Below are positions 61,651 to 64,000 of a DNA stretch of 64,000 bases, piece after piece. The DNA comes from Squalus acanthias (taxonomy: Eukaryota): contig JASTWF010000360.1 in assembly GCA_030390025.1 (NCBI GenBank), forward strand, positions 186,001 through 250,000, written 5' to 3'. Position 1 is the first letter of the stretch. Each line of letters opens with the position of its first letter. The position numbers and the translations under genes were made by a program. The notes under the pieces were generated by a model that saw nothing but the letters and a program-made list of their open reading frames with translations, did no database searches and was not told the DNA's origin.

Positions 61651-64000
61651 TATGGCAGGGGGCTAGAAACCTATGTAGTGAAATAGAGGAAAGTGAAAGG
61701 CAGACAGAAATAAATGGTAAAAGGGTGAGGAACAAAAAACAAAGGGCCAAACTAATTCATAAAAAATGTGAGCATAAAAAAAGCCTGAGGGTTTTATACC
61801 TTAATGCGAGAAGCATCAGGAACAAGGTAGATGAATTAGCTGTGGAAATAGAGGTTAATAATTATGATCTAATTGGGATTACGGAAACATGGTTGCAGGG
61901 TGAGCAGGGCTGGGAGCTTAACATACAGGGGTATTCAGTATTTAGGAAGGATCGACAAAAAAGAAAGGGAGGAGGGGTAGCATTGCTGGTAAAAGAAGGG
62001 ATAAATGCAATTGAAAGGAAGGATATTAACTCAGTTAATACAGAATCTATATGGGTGGAGCTAAGAAATAGCGAGGGGCGAAAAACATTAATAGGAGTGG
62101 TATATAGGCCTCCAAATAGTAAAATAGAGGTTGGGGAGGGCATCACGAGGGAAATTAGAGAAGCGTGCAATAAGAGCACAGCTGTCATCATAGGTGACTT
62201 TAACTTACATATAGATTGGAATAGCCTAATCAGTAAAAATAATGAGGAGGAGGAATTCCTTGAGTGTTTAAGGGATGGTTATCTGGATCAATATGTCGAG
62301 GAACCAACTCGGGAACAGGCTATATTGGACTGGGTACTGTGCAATGAGAAGGGACTAATTAGTAATCTTGTTGTACGGGGACCCTTGGGTCAGAGCGATC
62401 ATAACATGATCGATTTCTCACTCGAAATGGAGAGCGAAGAAATTGACTCAGATACTAAGGTCCTGAATTTAAACAAGGGGAATTATGATGCCATTAGACG
62501 GGAACTGAATAGGTCTGATTGGGCAACGTTCCTGGGAGGACTGGAGGTAGATAAACAATGGCAAGCATTTAAAGATAGAATGACAAAATTGCAAAAATTG
62601 TTTATACCAATCTGGCATAAAAGGAAATCTAAAAAGGTGACTCAACCGTGGATAACAGGGGAAATTAGAGACAGCATAAAATCCAAAGATAGGGCGTATA
62701 AAATAGCCAAAAAAAGCACCAGAGCGGAAGATTGGGAACAGTTTAAGATAGAGCAAAGGAGGACAAAGGGCTTAATCAAGAGGGGCAAAATAGCTTACGA
62801 AAGCAAGCTGGCGGAAAATATAAAAACTAACTCCAAAAGCTTTTATAAGTATATCAAGAGGAAAAGACTGGTGAAAACCAAAGTTGGCCCATTGCAGTCA
62901 GATACGGGGGAATATATAACGGGAAATAAGGAAATGGCAGACCAACTAAATGCATACTTTGGGTCAGTCTTTACGAAGGAAGACACAAAAAACCTCCCTG
63001 GGATATCGGGAAAAATAGGGACATTTGCAAAGGAGGAACTGACGCAAACCAATATCTCTAAGGATATGGTGTTAAGGAAGCTAAAGGGATTGAAGGCTGA
63101 CAAATCCCCAGGGCCTGATAACATGCATCCTAGGGTGCTGAAGGAGGTGGCCCTAGAGATAGCGGATGCACTAAGTATGATTTTTCAGAATTCATTAGAC
63201 TCGGGAACAGTGCCCATCGATTGGAGGGTAGCTAACGTTACCCCACTATTCAAAAAGGGGGGTAGGGAAAAAGCAGGTAATTACAGACCTGTAAGCCTTA
63301 CATCAGTTGTGGGCAAAATGCTGGAGTCCATCATTAAGGATGAAATAGCGGAGCACTTAGCAAATGGGGACAGGATAGGACAGAGTCAACATGGATTTAC
63401 AAAGGGTAAATCGTGCTTGACTAATCTATTGGAATTTTTTGAGGGAGTAACTGGTAAAATAGATGGGGGAGAGCCAGTAGATGTGGTGTACCTGGACTTC
63501 CAAAAGGCCTTCGATAAGGTCCCACATAAAAGATTAGCAGGGAAAATTGAAGCTCATGGGATAAAGGGGAAAGTATTGACGTGGATAGAGAACTGGCTGT
63601 CAGATAGAAAACAGAGAGTTGGAATAAACGGCTCATTTTCTGAATGGCAGGCAGTAACAAGTGGGGTACCACAGGGATCTGTCCTGGGTCCCCAGCTGTT
63701 CACAATTTACATTAATGACCTGGATCAGGGAGTCGGATGCAGCATTTCCAAATTTGCAGACGACACTAAACTAGGAGGGGGGGTGGGCTCAGAGGAGGAG
63801 ACCAGGAAGCTCCAGAGCGATTTGGACAGACTGGGTGATTGGGTGGATAAATGGCAGATGCACTATAATGTGGACAAGTGCGAAGTTATCCACCTTGGGT
63901 GCAGGAACGGGAGGGCAAATTATTATTTAAATGGCAATAAATTGGGAGAGGGGGAAGTACAGAGAGACCTGGGTGTTCTTGTACACCAGTCACTGAAGGC
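61641..64000 (+). CDS. CR1 ORF2p (APE endonuclease plus RT), 3'-partial, no initiating AUG
   Basis: YLNARSI, ITETW, YRPP, GDFN, SDH, KSPGPD, NYRPVSL, GVPQGSVLGP, FADD. Its absence from the ORF track is consistent with no stop before the window end. Confidence 0.92.

Larger units (their letters stand above)
60072..64000 (+). mobile_element. Apparently intact CR1 LINE (5' UTR, ORF1, ORF2), running off the window
   Basis: Tandem 5' monomers, complete ORF1, ORF2 in the same frame at 61641 and at the window end. Confidence 0.95.

Noticed and set aside
61862..63672. Short minus-strand ORFs over the CR1 (and similar shadow ORFs over other LINE and Penelope copies)
   Set aside because: Antisense shadows of RT coding sequence with no recognisable motifs.

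Overview
Vertebrate genomic DNA, almost certainly a cartilaginous fish (inferred from a repeat set of SacSINE1/DeuSINE-type SINEs, CR1 and L2 LINEs, Penelope and Harbinger elements). It is mostly transposable elements. Main contents: (1) a degraded gamma/epsilon-like endogenous retrovirus (gag-pro-pol-env-3'LTR, 1-7758); (2) two divergent minus-strand FAM111-family trypsin-like protease genes, one with an intact terminal exon (47632-49392) and one with two frameshifts (25898-27688, plus a candidate 81-nt first coding exon at 36533-36613); (3) a second ERV remnant (env tail and LTR, 43897-45660); (4) several Penelope elements with inverted arms, target-site duplications and minimal hammerhead ribozymes; (5) Harbinger derivatives carrying Myb/SANT genes; (6) many nested CR1/L2/SINE copies, including an apparently intact CR1 at 60072-64000; (7) five minisatellites, at least four grown from short retroposon segments. 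The most striking observation is a canonical U_UUA_AAC -1 slippery heptamer at the ORF1/ORF2 junction of two divergent CR1 copies. In the intact copy, ORF2 is in the -1 frame and has no AUG before the end of its endonuclease domain. All calls were made by eye; repeat boundaries are approximate unless a TSD or TIR is quoted.
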